Below are positions 12,401 to 25,856 of a DNA stretch of 64,000 bases, one piece after another. The stretch is taken from contig NW_020845854.1 of the NCBI RefSeq assembly GCF_003704095.1, positions 1 through 64,000 of the forward strand, in the 5' to 3' direction. A model generated the notes under the pieces. That model did no database searches and was not told where the DNA came from. It saw only the letters and a program-made list of their open reading frames with translations. Source of the stretch: Pocillopora damicornis. Taxonomy: Eukaryota. Positions within the stretch are counted from its first letter, which is position 1; every line of letters begins with the position of its first letter. Position numbers and translations under genes: made by a program.

Positions 12401-14876
12401 CGTAAAAATAAAGGTTTCTACGGGTACTTTATTCTTAAATTTCAGTCATTGATGGCAGTCACCGCTGATGTGTTTCTAAATCAGTGGTCCACGAAGAAAC
12501 CTGATCTTTCTATACATGTTTTCTCAATTAAATATTACAGTTTCCGTAATAGATTTTAAAAATTCTTATTTTCTCCTCGCTAATTTGGGGAACAGTTGTC
12601 GTGGGCGCTCAATGCCATTGAGCCACTCTCCCCTACTTTCTTATGTTAACGGATGGTCATAGCTTGGAGGGTATTCAATTCCGAGTCAGAGTGTTTACTT
12701 TACAACAATAGCGAGCTGGGGGAAACTGTCAAAAGTAAATTAATTAACTGCTAATGAAAAATAATGACCTGTCTGAAGCTATTCATCACTCTGGACAGCC
12801 GACAACTCAATGCTGATCGATTGATCACAGAACAAGAGGCCTGTTTACTGGAGCAATGCTTAACATTTAGGGCCTGGTGAACTGATTTAATCGTCTTAAA
12901 AGTGATTTAACTTGTGGGTATTTCATAGAGGAGCCGATTGATTAAAACTTTGTCTGATAAAGAACGACGCGTGTCTCAGAAAGTGTTTGTATCTCTTCTA
13001 ACTGCGGCCGTGCAAAAGCTGCAATCATCGCACAACAATTTCTGCCATTCTTAGAACGAAATTTTGAAATGAAACAGTCGTTTCTAGAGGTATTAGGTAA
13101 ATTTTGTTCAGTGAAGACTGGCAGTTTTATTGCGAGCGAAGATATTGTTAGCTAACTGAAATATTCCAAACTTCGCCCATATACCTGCGATTAAGCGATA
13201 AGCTAATTACTCATAGAGGGCTGACCAAAAGTCCTCGTTTTACACGATTTCTTTGTGTCTTCTTGTAACGTTTTGGAACCTTATTCCTCTCAATGCAGGC
13301 GATTTAGTTGGAAAAATCATCGCTATTCTTTCGAAATACATAACAACCTCAAGAAGTTTATTGATTAGACAAAAGTGCACCTTTTCAGCTATAGTCTGGT
13401 GTCAATTAGCTTTTCAGACAAGTAACCGACAAGTACATCTACAGCTTCACTCGGATCTGTTTTCGTGCCGCTGTTCCTGCGGTCTTTCAGTACATTTGTA
13501 TCATTTCAAAGTAGAGATGTTCAGTTTCGACTGTTAACCCATAATACTGCAAGAGCTGTATTTCTGTCCAGTTTAAGTTGTTAAGAGAATGATCAATGAA
13601 AACTATCACCACAACGCCCTTAAACAAAAGCATGCCGCGAAGGTTAAACGCTCGTATTGTCAGCAGTGAAACATTTCAACGGTTCACTCAGTTTTACTCA
13701 CGTGTGAAAGATGTCCGATCAAGACAGAAAGTCCAGGAAGTTCGATCCGCGACTAAATTTGATTGGATCCATTTAAAAACTAACTAAAACTCGGGTTTGT
13801 ATTTTGCATTTTGGCCCAGGTTTGTTACTTTGATCGAATGGTTTGGCTGACGTGTATCACAGATATCTTATCGGGTTCCTTTCAGCATTTACGCACTGGC
13901 TTCAATGAAAATGATTCAATAATTTATAACAGAAGAAGTGTACTTTAACTTATTTAAATATAGTTAAGGGAGTCAATGCTCAGTTTGCAAGACGAGACTA
14001 CAATACTAGCTGCGTTTATAAGAAACGAACAATCACTTTCCTAACTTGCCTACATGGACATAAATCATTACTATTTTCCTCGTTAAAAGTTATATGCCAC
14101 AAATTTCAAAGTGAGATAGTGTTAGAGAACGAAAAAATAACTCTACTCGTTCTAAAGATCACTCAGATAATTTAACAATAAAGTCTTGGCAAGGAGAGAG
14201 TGAATTAAGACCCACAAATATTTTGTTAACCGCACATTCTCGTGCTTTAACATGAAAAAAATCCCGACTTCAGATTTCATCTCATTTGGATACGAACTCA
14301 GTGAGAATACAAGTGATTTAAGAGAGCTAAATAGAGGTATTAATCAAAACTGGTACTTGTGGGAGGACGCGATAGTGGATTAATCAGAAAAGCAAACTGA
14401 AATACTTCAAGACTGGGGAAACAGTCTTCGGTTTTCCGGCCACGTTTCACTCAACTATCTAGGAATGCTTCATGGCCTTACGAATTGCTTAGTATTAATA
14501 AATACAGTAATTTCGTTTTTTGAGCCGTTTAGAGGCGTCAAACTTAAGTTTCTCTATCCTATAATGGGCTTATGTTAGCTATAACTGTGGCTTAATTGCC
14601 ACCCGCTGTACGAGACGAGGAACATTTTTTGCCGTCAAGTGAAATTGAAATCTACCCTGATTCCTGTTTTCAATCGTGGCGGCGTATCGAAGCACTTATT
14701 TCAAATGCATTGCGGAAAGCTACAGAATTCACGGATTTTCCCTCTCGTGAACGACACAAAAACCTTGAAAACGGATAGAAAAGTGTGAATAATCTCTACT
14801 CGACTAGCTTACCTGCGATAGCTTCCTCTGTGGCTGTGAAATATAAAACAAACACGAGAAAAATTGTCCAACGCAT
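6000..14876 (-). CDS. Secreted, probably GPI-anchored protein with two F5/8 type C (discoidin) domains, 487 aa, 9 exons
   Basis: GT-AG exons 14876-14813, 11908-11794, 10416-10206, 9868-9715, 9245-9066, 8677-8563, 8113-7912, 7104-6948 and 6265-6000 join in frame (1464 nt). Signal peptide MRWTIFLVFVLYFTATEEAIA; domain motifs CSSPLGLASGSIHDSQLSAS, GAWCA, WFQIDL, VASQG, ARFIRVLP and CLRLELYGC recur in a second copy; S/T-rich linkers; hydrophobic C-terminus with no cytoplasmic tail. Confidence 0.9.
7377..7651. mobile_element. Intronic MITE-like inverted repeat
   Basis: atacagctatttcaatttacgttgtcggatcaaagc...acaagaccgaa is mirrored by ttcggtcttgt...gctttgatccgacaacgtaaattgaaatagctgtat. Confidence 0.75.
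9362..9530. mobile_element. Penelope-like-element-derived short repeat, with its 3' part inverted next to the hammerhead-bearing part
   Basis: Same family as 22720-22950, 36877-37016 and 55540-55690 (shared ctttacggtggccaatt-like and tactctcccaccgacgcagcaccacagtttctttagaaacttacccc segments); carries a hammerhead core. The Penelope assignment is inferred. Confidence 0.65.
9437..9470 (+). ncRNA. Minimal type I hammerhead ribozyme motif
   Basis: GCT-CTGACGA-A-GGGC-TAAC-GCTC-GAAA-C-GTC-AGC: core CUGANGA, GAAA and GUC; stem II GGGC/GCUC; stem I GCU/AGC; stem III reduced to palindromic ACGU. Confidence 0.6.
10806..11717. repeat. Composite intronic repeat: ends resemble the fold-back family, centre looks like a different inserted element
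   Basis: Left end aagcacttaggaagcggctagagcactcaagaag resembles the core at 3980-4013 and 24753-24781. Right end aaccaatgagagcgcgcgttat...ttattataa is the reverse-complement counterpart of 24604-24640. Confidence 0.4.
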
Positions 14877-17867
14877 CTTCGAAAGAATTTGACTCCAGCC
14901 TTGAAGAGTGAGCTTCAAATAATAAACTTAACCTCTTTGAGGTAATTCTACTTCTTCACTTCTCTACAGATCCACGCTTCGACCTCGGCGAGGGTTTTTG
15001 GGCTCTGATTTCACACATAGATCTTCACTTTGTAATATGATTACAAATTTAATCCGCAAAATCCGCAAATCTGTTGCCCTCAAGGGGTCACAGCGACAAA
15101 ACCGGAAAGGCGGCGCATTGTTTACGCTCGAAAGTATGAGCCGGGTGTGTTGTAGTCATACATCATGATCGATCACTGTCTGGAGGCAGCAAATTGTAGG
15201 GCTGCAAGCGCGGTACATGTTACTGAGAGGACATTCGCTTGTCATAAACAACCTGGAAAATGCACCTTGGTGGCGCTGAGAAATATTTTAATGGCGAAAG
15301 AACAATGCAGAGTGGTTTTAACACAATGCAATCCTCGAACGGGACGTGCTTTCCGCTTTGCCACTTCGTACAAGAGCTAAGTAACAGGTTTTCGGATACT
15401 GAATTTTCATGAATAGCGTAGAACGGCATCCAGGGTTCTTTCTTCCATAGTTTGCCTGTTTGAAATTGTCACTCTTGCTCTGTAAGCAATTTTGTAAATG
15501 TCGCAAGCTATGAAACCTTAGACCTGGGGGGTGTTTCTCCTGTTCTTCTCTTAATGGGTCATAAATCGTCTTTAATTCGACAGTTGACGGAGTTGAAACA
15601 AGCCATCTAAGACATCAGTTAAACGTAACTTTTGGCGTTCCTCCTCGCGATAGTTGAGAGTAAAATTTAATTGAATAGCGATTAGATGAAAGATCACTAC
15701 AGTTATGAGTTACCAGCCATTTGCATTTTTTAATGTTAGTCTTTATTCAGAAGGTCAGAGGTATCTTTTTCCAACATTCCCTTCACTGTGTTCATCCTCC
15801 ACCGATATGTTACGAACTCGCATGATAACCGGTTTCCAAATGGCTTGAAGAAGCACTGCGTGTTTTGTCAGAGTCGCATCCCATAAAGTCTTAATTTTGT
15901 TAAATTTTCTCTAGCTGTGTACATAATAAACTTCGATGATCTTAGTCCTCATAAAATATATAGTTCGCTGTAAAAATATGTTTTTGAATGAAAAGTGAGA
16001 CCACTAGTCCCTTATAAATCAGTCATGTTTTACTCTCAAGGTATCAAAAATGACAAATGTAACCAATGTTATTTAGCAACTTTCAGGGCTATTGCTAATG
16101 GGTAAAGTATCATAATCGAGTGTTAGAAAAGAGAGAAATATTTCAGCGGTTAATTTATTGAGCTTTCCTCCGGACGGAACTCGCACTGATGGTCAGTGTT
16201 GCTTACGAACTCTCTTATCGTTAAGTGGTCTTTATCCCAGATTAAGGAATTTTTTCTGCATCCTCGGCGTTTCCGTTTCTAACAGTTTTGGTACTTGATG
16301 GAGGAAAAAAGCCCCCGATTATCATTAGCACTGTGTTAACTTTGGAGTCAGGGTAACGAAGACGTTCACAACGCCAACTTAAGCATAAGCCTCATTTTTT
16401 TAAACAATTTTTGAGAATCGTAATGGTATACTATGTTGATAAAGAGAAAAATGATTTCAAAAGTTCTAATTTTAAGGAGAGGTTCATTATAATAGTAGCT
16501 TTGTGAGATTACATTTGTTTATTTATCACATCACTTTGAAATCAGTGGTGATCCTTGCCTTCCTGTGGCAATCTACATCTGTTTGGCTTATAGCAGTGCA
16601 ATTTTGCACACGAATCGCTCTATTTTGCGTTTTAATCGCATGCCTTTTCCAGCCATTGAAAATGGAACACTAAAAAAATAGCAATCAGAATTCATGGCTT
16701 GCTTAAAGTAACCAAATAGGTTTCAGCAAAATGAAAATGAAAGACTCGACAAGCCATTTTGTGGCGAATTGTGCAACTCTTGTCGCAAAATCTTTTCTTA
16801 AAAAAAGATGAAAAAATGCGATTTCAAATTGATAGTAATAATTACGTGGTATTTGAACTACGAGTTAAATTTCGATTGTTTGTTTATCTTGTGATATTTT
16901 GTTTATCAAAAAAAGGCTTGACTAAATGACTACTTGGGTTAAAATAACGTTTTGGTGCGCCAAGAAAGACCTTTTTCGTTCCATACCATTTTTCAATTCT
17001 GTGAAAATTCGTTGTCATGGCCACTTTGATTTGACATCTTTATTTCTTCACCCGAGCCAGCGAGTTCAGTAAAACCATATGCATGCCAGATAATTCTTAT
17101 ATCGTATGGCTTCGCGTGCGATAAATACGATTTAAACCTGCTACACCCAAGCCAAAAGGTTAGACGGCAATTAATAACTGTCCACCGAAGAATTCTCTGA
17201 CTCAGACACATCATGACATTGGACATTAATTATTTTAACTTGACACTCGAAACCCGAAACCCTTCTTGTTTCACTAAGAGTTGATTTATCATTTCGCTTC
17301 ACTGATATTTTTTGTCTCAGTTCGAAAATTTTGGTCTCTATAGATAAACATCGAGTTGCCTGTTTTTTCGACTATGTGTCTTACCCTTAAATTAAAAATC
17401 ACTCGATCTTGCAGTCAAGATCTTTTTTTTGTTTGAAATGTGCGTGCTATTTTCATGAAAGAGGTGTTTTGTTGTTTGGTTTGATTTTAAAAGAGGTGGA
17501 TAGCTGATATGTCTCATTTACGCTAGGAAAAAACTTTATATTGGTTTAGTTTTCATCCTTTACGCAGCCTTTAGCAAAAATGAGGAGTTCTTTAGGAGTG
17601 AACAAACTTGGTAAACTAACCGACTTGAGCTTTTCGACCGAGGGCTAACGAGAAAACAAGAATTTTTTCATTTTTAGTAAATTTCTCAGATGTCTGTTAG
17701 GATATTGTCCACTTAGTCAACAACCTGAACTATTTAAGATAAGAGATTCCTCAGATATTTTCAGTGACTTGAACTACTTCATTTAAAGCAAAAGAGAATT
17801 GAGACCAGTCAGAAACAACAACGCCAGGACCTCTTTCTTCGTAACTGAAAAGCATTACAGCAAGAGA

Positions 17868-18295
17868 TACAGTCGAAACTGTATCAAGCGGCACCTTAAT
17901 AAGCGGTCACCCTGTATATATCGGCGGTCGCTTTTCAAAGTCCCGAAATTGCTACCTTTAATTATTGAAATTTTCACCTTTGACTGAGTCCCAACAGCCT
18001 CTTTGTATTGTCCTCCACCTGAACTGAACGGTCATTAAAAGCGACACTACTCAAATGAAATTAAGAATAATCTTCCAAGTAAAAATTTAATCCCATTTTA
18101 TCTCCCGAAATCAATTTTGGTAGTATTCCTGAGAGAGTTTAGTACATTAAGTGATCAATTATGGCATAAAATAGCGATTTTTATCGTTTTTGAAAAGACT
18201 CCTATTCCGTGGAACCTGTATTAGGCGGTTTCCCTGTATTTAGTGGTCACCCAGTGTTCCCCTGTGGGTAACCTCTCAATGCAGTTTCCACTGTA
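17868..18295. mobile_element. Tc1/pogo-type MITE (TA target, CAGT... TIR), copy 1
   Basis: ta-cagtcgaaactg ... cagtttccactg-ta, internal ttaagcggtcacc-like subrepeats; aligns along its length with 25857-26278. Confidence 0.8.
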
Positions 18296-19028
18296 TCTTT
18301 GCAGTTGAGTTTGGAGCGTATTGTTTTCGGAAAAATACATTACCTCTCAAAGAAAACGGTCGTGTTGAAACATGCCTTGAATATTGTGTGTCTACCAAAT
18401 AATAAATCTCAAATCGTTACTGTATTTACAGCAAAAACTCAGTGGTCTATAATCACCCTGATCTCATAGTTCAACGACGATTTGATAGATCAGGAACGGC
18501 GCAAAAATTTTTAGGAAACACGAAGCTGAATGAAGGAAAGTACTGCTAAATGTGTTACTACAGCAAAATAATTTGAATGTTGAATCTGACATTTTATTAT
18601 TTTGTCCTGTCGGTAGACTTTCCACCCGCGTGGTTCTCAATCTTACTTTTTTCTATTTTAAGAGAAGGACTTGGCACATAAATACTTGTAATTTTCATTT
18701 CCGAACTGGAAGCAATGAAATTGTAAGCTTTGATCTATGTCATGACCGCTCAAAAAAACTTTCAGAAAGGCTTATTTTGCACAATTACAGTTATGTTTAT
18801 ACGAAAAATCAAACGGAAGTCTGTGTGATTTTTTTCTTACTGATTATTAAAATGGACTTCCGTGGGTGATATTTGATTGGCAAGGCTGAAAAGAAACTGG
18901 GAAGTTTGTTGCATGGCCTAAGCAAGTTAGCTGAGATAGAACTACCATTGCATGCCTGGGGGGGGGGGTTCCATTATCTTATCTGTTCTAGGTTTAACTT
19001 TTCTATTTTTGTTCTAATTATTTTTTCA

Positions 19029-20535
19029 TCACTGGGTTGACTTGGTGATTCGATAGTGAAGTATACCGTCAGCAAGAAACGCCAGGAAAGACAGAAAACC
19101 AATAACCTAAAAAGCGAGGAAGAAAAAAATTAAATAAATTAGACAACATTAAGACTGAAGTACAAGTTGAGGATACATACATTCAGATTGCAAACTATTA
19201 TATGGTGAATAACCTGTAAATGGATGTTGGTGGTACCAGACACTTAGCAGGGATGAACGACTGATCAGTTAAGCGCTTAACCAAATCCGTGCACGTGATC
19301 GTGGGCCCGGTGAAATTTCCATAAAGTGGAATTTAATTTTTCTGCTTTGAGGTAATATTAAACGATTTCCCGGAAATCACAACTCACACAAAGACCCCTT
19401 TCATGATGACCAGCTCGCCAAAGTAATTTGTTCCTCCATCTGGAAAAAGGCGGTTAACCCACCGCCTGGATTCTTTACAGTGAAAATTTTGCTTTGTAGT
19501 CCACTCACCACGAACTCAAATAAACTCTAAGAAATCAGATGCCTGCGAAACTCAGGAACATCGATACGTGTTGAGAAATAATATTGTAAGTATACCACAA
19601 TATTTATATCCTTTAAAGGGATAGATTAGTAGCTTCTTGGGGGCTAGATCGTTTATTTATCAAATAAGAGACCATGAGTTCATGTTCTCTCGTCATAAAT
19701 TATCAATTTTTTCTTGATACAGAGAGAAGAGGGTCAGCGATATACACCTCAGCCCGACTTTCCCTTTGCCACGCCCTTGGTCTACAATATTTACCACAGC
19801 TGCTTGAGCATGTTGGTAGCGCCACTGAATGCGCTCATCCTTTGATGTATCCCATTTGTCTTCCTGAAGACTGAGCACCACTTCACCGAACAGTCCTGAC
19901 GAAACAGCACAGAATACAGCCCAGGTCAGTGAGAACAAGGTCACCTTAAAAGCAGCAAAACATTAAGAATATATTAAGGATTTACTCAAGGTCGAGAATA
20001 CTTTAGTTAGTCGGCACAGACATTTCAGTGGCAGATGCAGAGGATGGCTCAGATATGTTTTTATATAAACTTTATTAGGCCATCGACACGCTTTGAAACT
20101 GTCTCGAGAAACTAGTACTTTTCGTATAGTCAGATTAAAAATCGACAGAAATTAAGATGTTTAGCCTGAAAAATGAACTGCATACAATTTGTTTTAATTA
20201 AAGAAACAATTTGCGTTTAGCTCGCATAGACTGGAAGGGCACGGCCCAAACAGTTGTCCCCCTGTTAGCCCTGACCTATCTTACCCCATCAATACCAAGA
20301 TATGGGTATTAATTCTTGGCGTTAGCTGCCACTCATTTCTTACACTTCAAGATTTGAGAAATGAGTATCAAATCGAAGAAAATCCCTTGTTAATATTTCT
20401 AGTTCTTCTCGCCATCTCTGTGCTTTACAATGAACGACAAAATTCCTCTTAGGTCACTAATGGAAGTGAAAGAGTCAGAGTAAAAGGAAACCCACCCGCA
20501 AGCTGATGAAAATGGCAATATTGATATCGGCGCTA

Positions 20536-20568
<33 letters not shown>

Positions 20569-21983
20569 AATTATTATTATACAGCATAGCTGTCGAATGG
20601 TTGCTGCCGGTTTCTGTTGCATGAAAAGACCATGAGCAACTCTACTCCCTTAAGTTGGATGCCAAGCCATCAAATTTAAACCCGGTATTTCGTCGTATCT
20701 CCCCGAAAATCCTTTGGTAGTCGTCTGTTCTCCGAATTGGAGAGGAGCATAGTGAGAATTGAGTTTCTTACCTAGGAACTCAGCACAATAGTCCTTTGTT
20801 ATAGCCCGCACCTTCTGTCAAGGCATAAAGTATGCTACCCATTTTACAGCCTGTGTCCCACAACAAAATGGATTTAAGTACTTACAAAAAATGTAAATCC
20901 TTTTGGTGATCCACATCTCTTATCCAAGTTAAACAGAAAGCTGACAAACAGGAAAATAGCAGTCACAAGACCGGTGATAACCACTACATAGAACAGGTTT
21001 AACCTGTTTGTTTGCCATTCAGGCAGGTTTGATATATCTGCATCCTTGTGGTACTGAGCAGTACATGCGACAGCGGCTGACAGAAGGGCCTGAAATTAAG
21101 AAAGCATGATTTATAACAGAAAAAAAAGTAATCGTTGCGTTAATTTGCTGGATTCAAGACAAGCGAATCAATTTGATGTCTTCAATAGATTCCGCCCTTT
21201 GAGGTTCAAGATTGAGTTTTAAAGTGCTCAGGTAATAAAACCATTCAGTGCTGCTTGAAAATTATCATTTTTAGTCGGCGAAACAGGTGTATTTTGGGCA
21301 TTCAGGGAAAATGAAGGTGGTGGCCTGTAAAAAAAAAAAGCTTCCATTCCAATCGCAGCTCCATCGCCGAAGACCTCTACAAAACCTTCAGTTACACAGG
21401 CTACTAATTCACCTCCTCATTGAATTTCGCTCATTCTCTATTTGAGCCTCTTTTCCAGTAAAATTCAAACAAACTCCTTCTTATGGCAGAGGTGTGTTTC
21501 ACAAAATTTGTGATTTATATCTCCACTATTGTTATGCATATATGATTAAGATTCCAAAGAGTGGTATTGTCGTTCAAAAATTGCCTTCAAATGTGTTAAA
21601 AATGCCACAACAGATACGGCCAGTTTGAAGACTCAATGTACTTGACTGCTGAATACAGGACTTTGGTCTGTATCAAAATTGTATTGATGTAGTTGTAACA
21701 ATAGAGAAAAAAAAAACTGATTTGTGAATTATTGCATTACAAAAATCTGTAATCTGATTGGTTGTTTTGCTTTTGGCTTTCATTTTCATTGGCTCAGAAA
21801 AAGAAACAACTTGGAAGAAAAAATAACACGATTCATGAAGAAATCGTACTGCTGAGAGGCAATTAGATTGCTAGGATCAGCATTGAATTTAACATTTCCA
21901 CGGTGAATATTTTTACACACCAGTTCTAAAATTTTCAGCATTCCCTCGGGATCCAACAGATACATCCAGTTTACAGTCTCCAT
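19029..21983 (-). CDS. MARVEL-domain tetraspan membrane protein (MAL/plasmolipin/CMTM-like), 164 aa, 4 coding exons
   Basis: Phase-0 exons 21983-21921 (METVNWMYLLDPEGMLKILEL), 21089-20886, 19944-19795 and 19106-19029 (VIGFLSFLAFLADGILHY...*); four hydrophobic helices; probable 5' exon ending at donor 23709. Confidence 0.85.
20530..20580 (+). repeat. (TAT)n microsatellite preceded by gcgctatataag, resembling a LINE/SINE 3' tail
   Basis: About 13 TAT units at 20542-20580 with one interruption. Confidence 0.7.
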
Positions 21984-22225
21984 TCTTAGCTTCCTGTTAA
22001 CAAAGTGATGCACTTAGTTTTATATTATTTGAAATCCCTGGAAAACGAAACATGATAAAAACAAAAGTGCAAACATAACTTAATGCTAAAATTGATATTA
22101 TATCTTACCACAGTAATGTCATTATGGCATTAGCAAACCGATTAATTAGCGAGCTGTTTTAGCTCTGCGCAATGTCTCGCTGCGACAGCTCACCTGAACG
22201 TACTATTAAAATAACTCCCAATCCT

Positions 22226-22528
22226 GGGGCGGATCCAGGATTGGTTCAGGTGGTTCGGCCGAACACCCTACAATGAAATGAAAAACATTTCAACACGTGC
22301 GGTTTCTGTCGAGTTTGATGGACACAGTATATGTTTAAAATAGCTCAAAACAGAGATTGTTTTCAACGGCATTAACCACAATCATCGGCTCAAAAAACCT
22401 GGATATTACCTTTCCGAGGATCTAGATTTCAAAATGTTCCGGTGGAAGCATGCCCCCGACCCCCTTGTATAGTCTCCCTTCAGCAGACGTTTAGCCGAGC
22501 CCCCGTTCAGTACATCCTGGAACCGCCC
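22226..22528. mobile_element. MITE with GGGGCGGATCCAGGA-type terminal inverted repeats
   Basis: Starts ggggcggatccagga and ends tcctggaaccgccc; a degenerate relative lies at about 27150-27340. Confidence 0.7.
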
Positions 22529-22719
22529 TAGCAATCTAACGGGGATATAATTTATAAAAACGTTCTCGCGACGGATGAACAAACAGTCCGCCAGTCAGAG
22601 CCAGAATGATTCAGTTGTCAGTAAGCCACTTAGGGTAGTTATTCAGCCGGTCAATCAGGCAGCTACCCGTCGCTCGGACGACCTCTCTGTCAGTAAGTAA
22701 GTCAGTCTGTCAACAAGCC

Positions 22720-22950
22720 AATTTTGTTTCATGAACTGAGTCGATGATGTAATTGGGCCACCGCAGAGAGTTCCTAAAGCTGATATTTCGAGTGGTAACC
22801 TTTCGTCTACTCGCTCTGGCGAAGGGCTGACGCGCGAAATGTCAGCTTTAAAACTCGCTTCAGTGGCCAATTTACAATATCAACTCCCCACCCCCACCCC
22901 CACCCCTCACCGATGCAGTACCACAGTTCCCTTAGAAACTTAACCCCTTC
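22720..22950. mobile_element. Penelope-like-derived repeat, two partial copies in inverted arrangement, degenerate hammerhead
   Basis: Reverse copy aaagctgatatttcgagtggtaacctttcgtc is directly followed by forward gctctggcgaagggctgacgcgcgaaatgtcagc...ccacagttcccttagaaactt. Confidence 0.6.
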
Positions 22951-24603
22951 ATTCATTTGTCTATGATGAGTCAGTTCGTGTTTTCTTCCATAACTTATAA
23001 TCAGTCCGGCTGTCAGTTTACGTAAATTAAGACTTAAATTTTAAAGGATAATGATACTTTTCAGACACGACAGATAGAAATCTTCTTAAATGATATGGTG
23101 GCTACACACACGATTATCTTCAATAGTGAAACACTAATTATTCAAATAGGTTTAAAATCCAATTCGTTAGGCACTCAAGGTGAACTAACAACCTTTGTTG
23201 TCGTGAAGATGTCAGACATATAGACATTAGCTTCTCTATCAAGTTTAACCATCAACAAATGAAGTTTTCACCCAACCGACTGATATATAAACACAGACAT
23301 AAGCAATTGCCCACGAGTTGTTTGACTGATTTATTAAACATAAGTCAATTTAAGACGTAACTCAAAAATTCGTTTGTTTCGTAATTGTTGGAGCATGCAT
23401 AAGTAAATTTGGGAGCGAATTTGCGTGAAGAACAACCAAGAAAAATTGCACCTGATATAACAGAAAATTATACAAGATGAAATCTGCAGCGATATTAAAA
23501 TGAATGGCAGCCCGGAGGTAAGTGAGTTCTGCAAGTATTCTTCAAAATTCATGCGGCCTATATCACTTGCAGTATGCTCGCAAGCATTCCAGACTTAATA
23601 TTTTCGTCCCGGCGGGTAAAGAAGAATCCAAAAAGCAATTCAGCTTACAACAAGATTAACTAAATTTCATTCGATCAGCAAATCAGAGTAGGTAACTGCG
23701 AGCCTTACCTTGAGATAGAGACTCTGACTTTCGCACGACTCACGTCTATTTACCATTCGCTGCACTTACTCTGTATTCAAATGAGTGGCAGCGGAGTCTT
23801 GAAAATCTTTGAGTTAAAGTTCAGAAATGGAGCGCTTACGTCAGAAAAATTTTTCATGACGTGCAAACGCGCCACGGGTATCTCAAAGGACCGAGACTAT
23901 AATGAGTTCAGTAACGATTGAAAAAACTCAAGACGTAAGCACAAATCTAGAATTAACAAATACCTACGCCAAAGAACGGGATTTTAAAACATGCTGTATA
24001 TGAGACTTTCCATATAGATTCAGGGTCAGATTTTAACGCACGAATCGTAAATCAGCCCATCGAATTGTATTAAAATTAGAAGTGGAGACCACAGATCAGA
24101 GGAAGCGGAGCGTTTTGACAAGTGAAGGTATACATCGGGTTAGGGGCGTGCGTTTCTCTAATTTAATAAAACCCTTTTTTCCGTGGGCTGGGCATGAACA
24201 CAAATATTTATAACAAATTTTTTTGGCATGAAATGGTGTCCCTATTTTATGACACAAATTTCCTTTCTTGGTCATTGCTTTCGCACTTTTTTCCTGTTTA
24301 TTTAGAAATAATAAAGTATTTTAATGGACAACACAGCCTCTCAGAAACATCCTTCATTCGGTTTTATGTGCTATAACTAAAAAAAAAGAAAAAAAAAGAG
24401 TTTGACGATCCTCTTATTTTCTTCAATTTGCAGCGTTATTGAAGCTTTCCTTTTTTAGTTAACAAAAATCAAATTAATGACATGTAAAAGATGTAAGGGT
24501 CCAATTCGTCATAAAGGCTTTCCAGTCCACAAATCAGAGCTAACCAATTGGCGCAAAATGCATGAAAACTCCTGCTAGGAGAGTAATCTATCATCATATT
24601 CTT

Positions 24604-24894
24604 TTATAAAATAATTCAAATAGTACGCGCGCTCTGATTGGCCATAAAACCATTTTACATGAGCGTATGTAAACACGGTTTTCATTCCTCTTTCATTAGT
24701 TATTTTGTAAAAGAAATGTAAAATGGTTTCCGTGTTTGCATAGCCTGATGTAAACACTTGGGAGGTTGGGAGAACACTCGATAAACTGGAAACCACTCCG
24801 CTTCGCGTCGTGGTTTACGCTTATCTCGAGTTCTCCCAACCTCCCGCGTGTTTACATCAGGCTATGTAAACACGGAAACCATTTTACATTTCTT
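24604..24894. mobile_element. Fold-back MITE-like repeat related to 3938-4127
   Basis: aagaaatgtaaaatggtttccgtgtttgcatagcctgatgtaaacac...gggaggttgggagaac (from 24711) pairs with gttctcccaacctccc...gtgtttacatcaggctatgtaaacacggaaaccattttacatttctt (to 24894). Confidence 0.8.
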
Positions 24895-25856
24895 CACGGA
24901 CAAACAGTAACTTAAATTTGCCGTATTGAGAGTAGGTTATTCTTTCAAAAAATAAATGAGAAACTAAAATATAGATTTCTATCGGCTAAGTTTAACTCTC
25001 ACAGATGAAAAGTAAGCAGGTTATCGAAAGGTATTGAGATGTAGTGTCCAATTCACAATATAAAAGGTTTTTTTTTCACTTTCTCTACTTTTCTTGTTAT
25101 GCGGTTAAAACCCCCGTTTTATTCAACTCGATCAGCACGTGATGATCGAGGGCAACTACGTAAGCTATCCGATCAGAATGTTGAATTTGGAAAAATTATC
25201 AGCCGAGTTCACTAACAACTGAATTTGTTTGACCTCGCTTTCTGTCAACTCTGCGAGGTAAATTATCTGCCAATAGAAATTTCAATCTCATTGCTCAACT
25301 AAAGAAGGGAATATTAACAGATTTTAGATTTCAAACTCCGTACCATCTGGAAAGTATAAGATCTAAATGGCTGACGATAGGGGTTAATAGCCTGTTACGT
25401 ACGCTTTTTCAGCCATTGGAACCTCCTCTTGTAATTAAAATTCCATGAACCTTCGAACCTAATTTAAACCAGTTATCATCTTTTGTTTGAAAGCTTATTC
25501 AGGCTGCCATTTGATCAAAGAACACAAATTTAAACTTTTTACTTCCACTGCAGTTGCCATTTGAAAAAATTGTTCATACTTTAATCCAGAACGTGAAGTT
25601 TGAATAGCACACACGTCACTCATATGGTTGAAATTCAGCAGTCAATAAACGGATTTTCCCGTTTGCAAATGAACTAGAAATTCTGCATTCTTAATTTCCC
25701 GATCATTACACAACCTGTGTTTAAGTATGCTTATCATTAAAGCACTAACGACAGTCTCGAGCTTATATTTTAACACACCGAGTAATTACGGCTATTCGTG
25801 CCCAATATGAAAAACCAAAACTAAACAGGAATACAAAGTTATACTCTGAGTAGATT

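Noticed and set aside
15165-15506. Cluster of overlapping short ORFs in a GC-richer patch
   Set aside because: No recognisable domain or consistent exon chain; probably promoter-proximal or decayed sequence.
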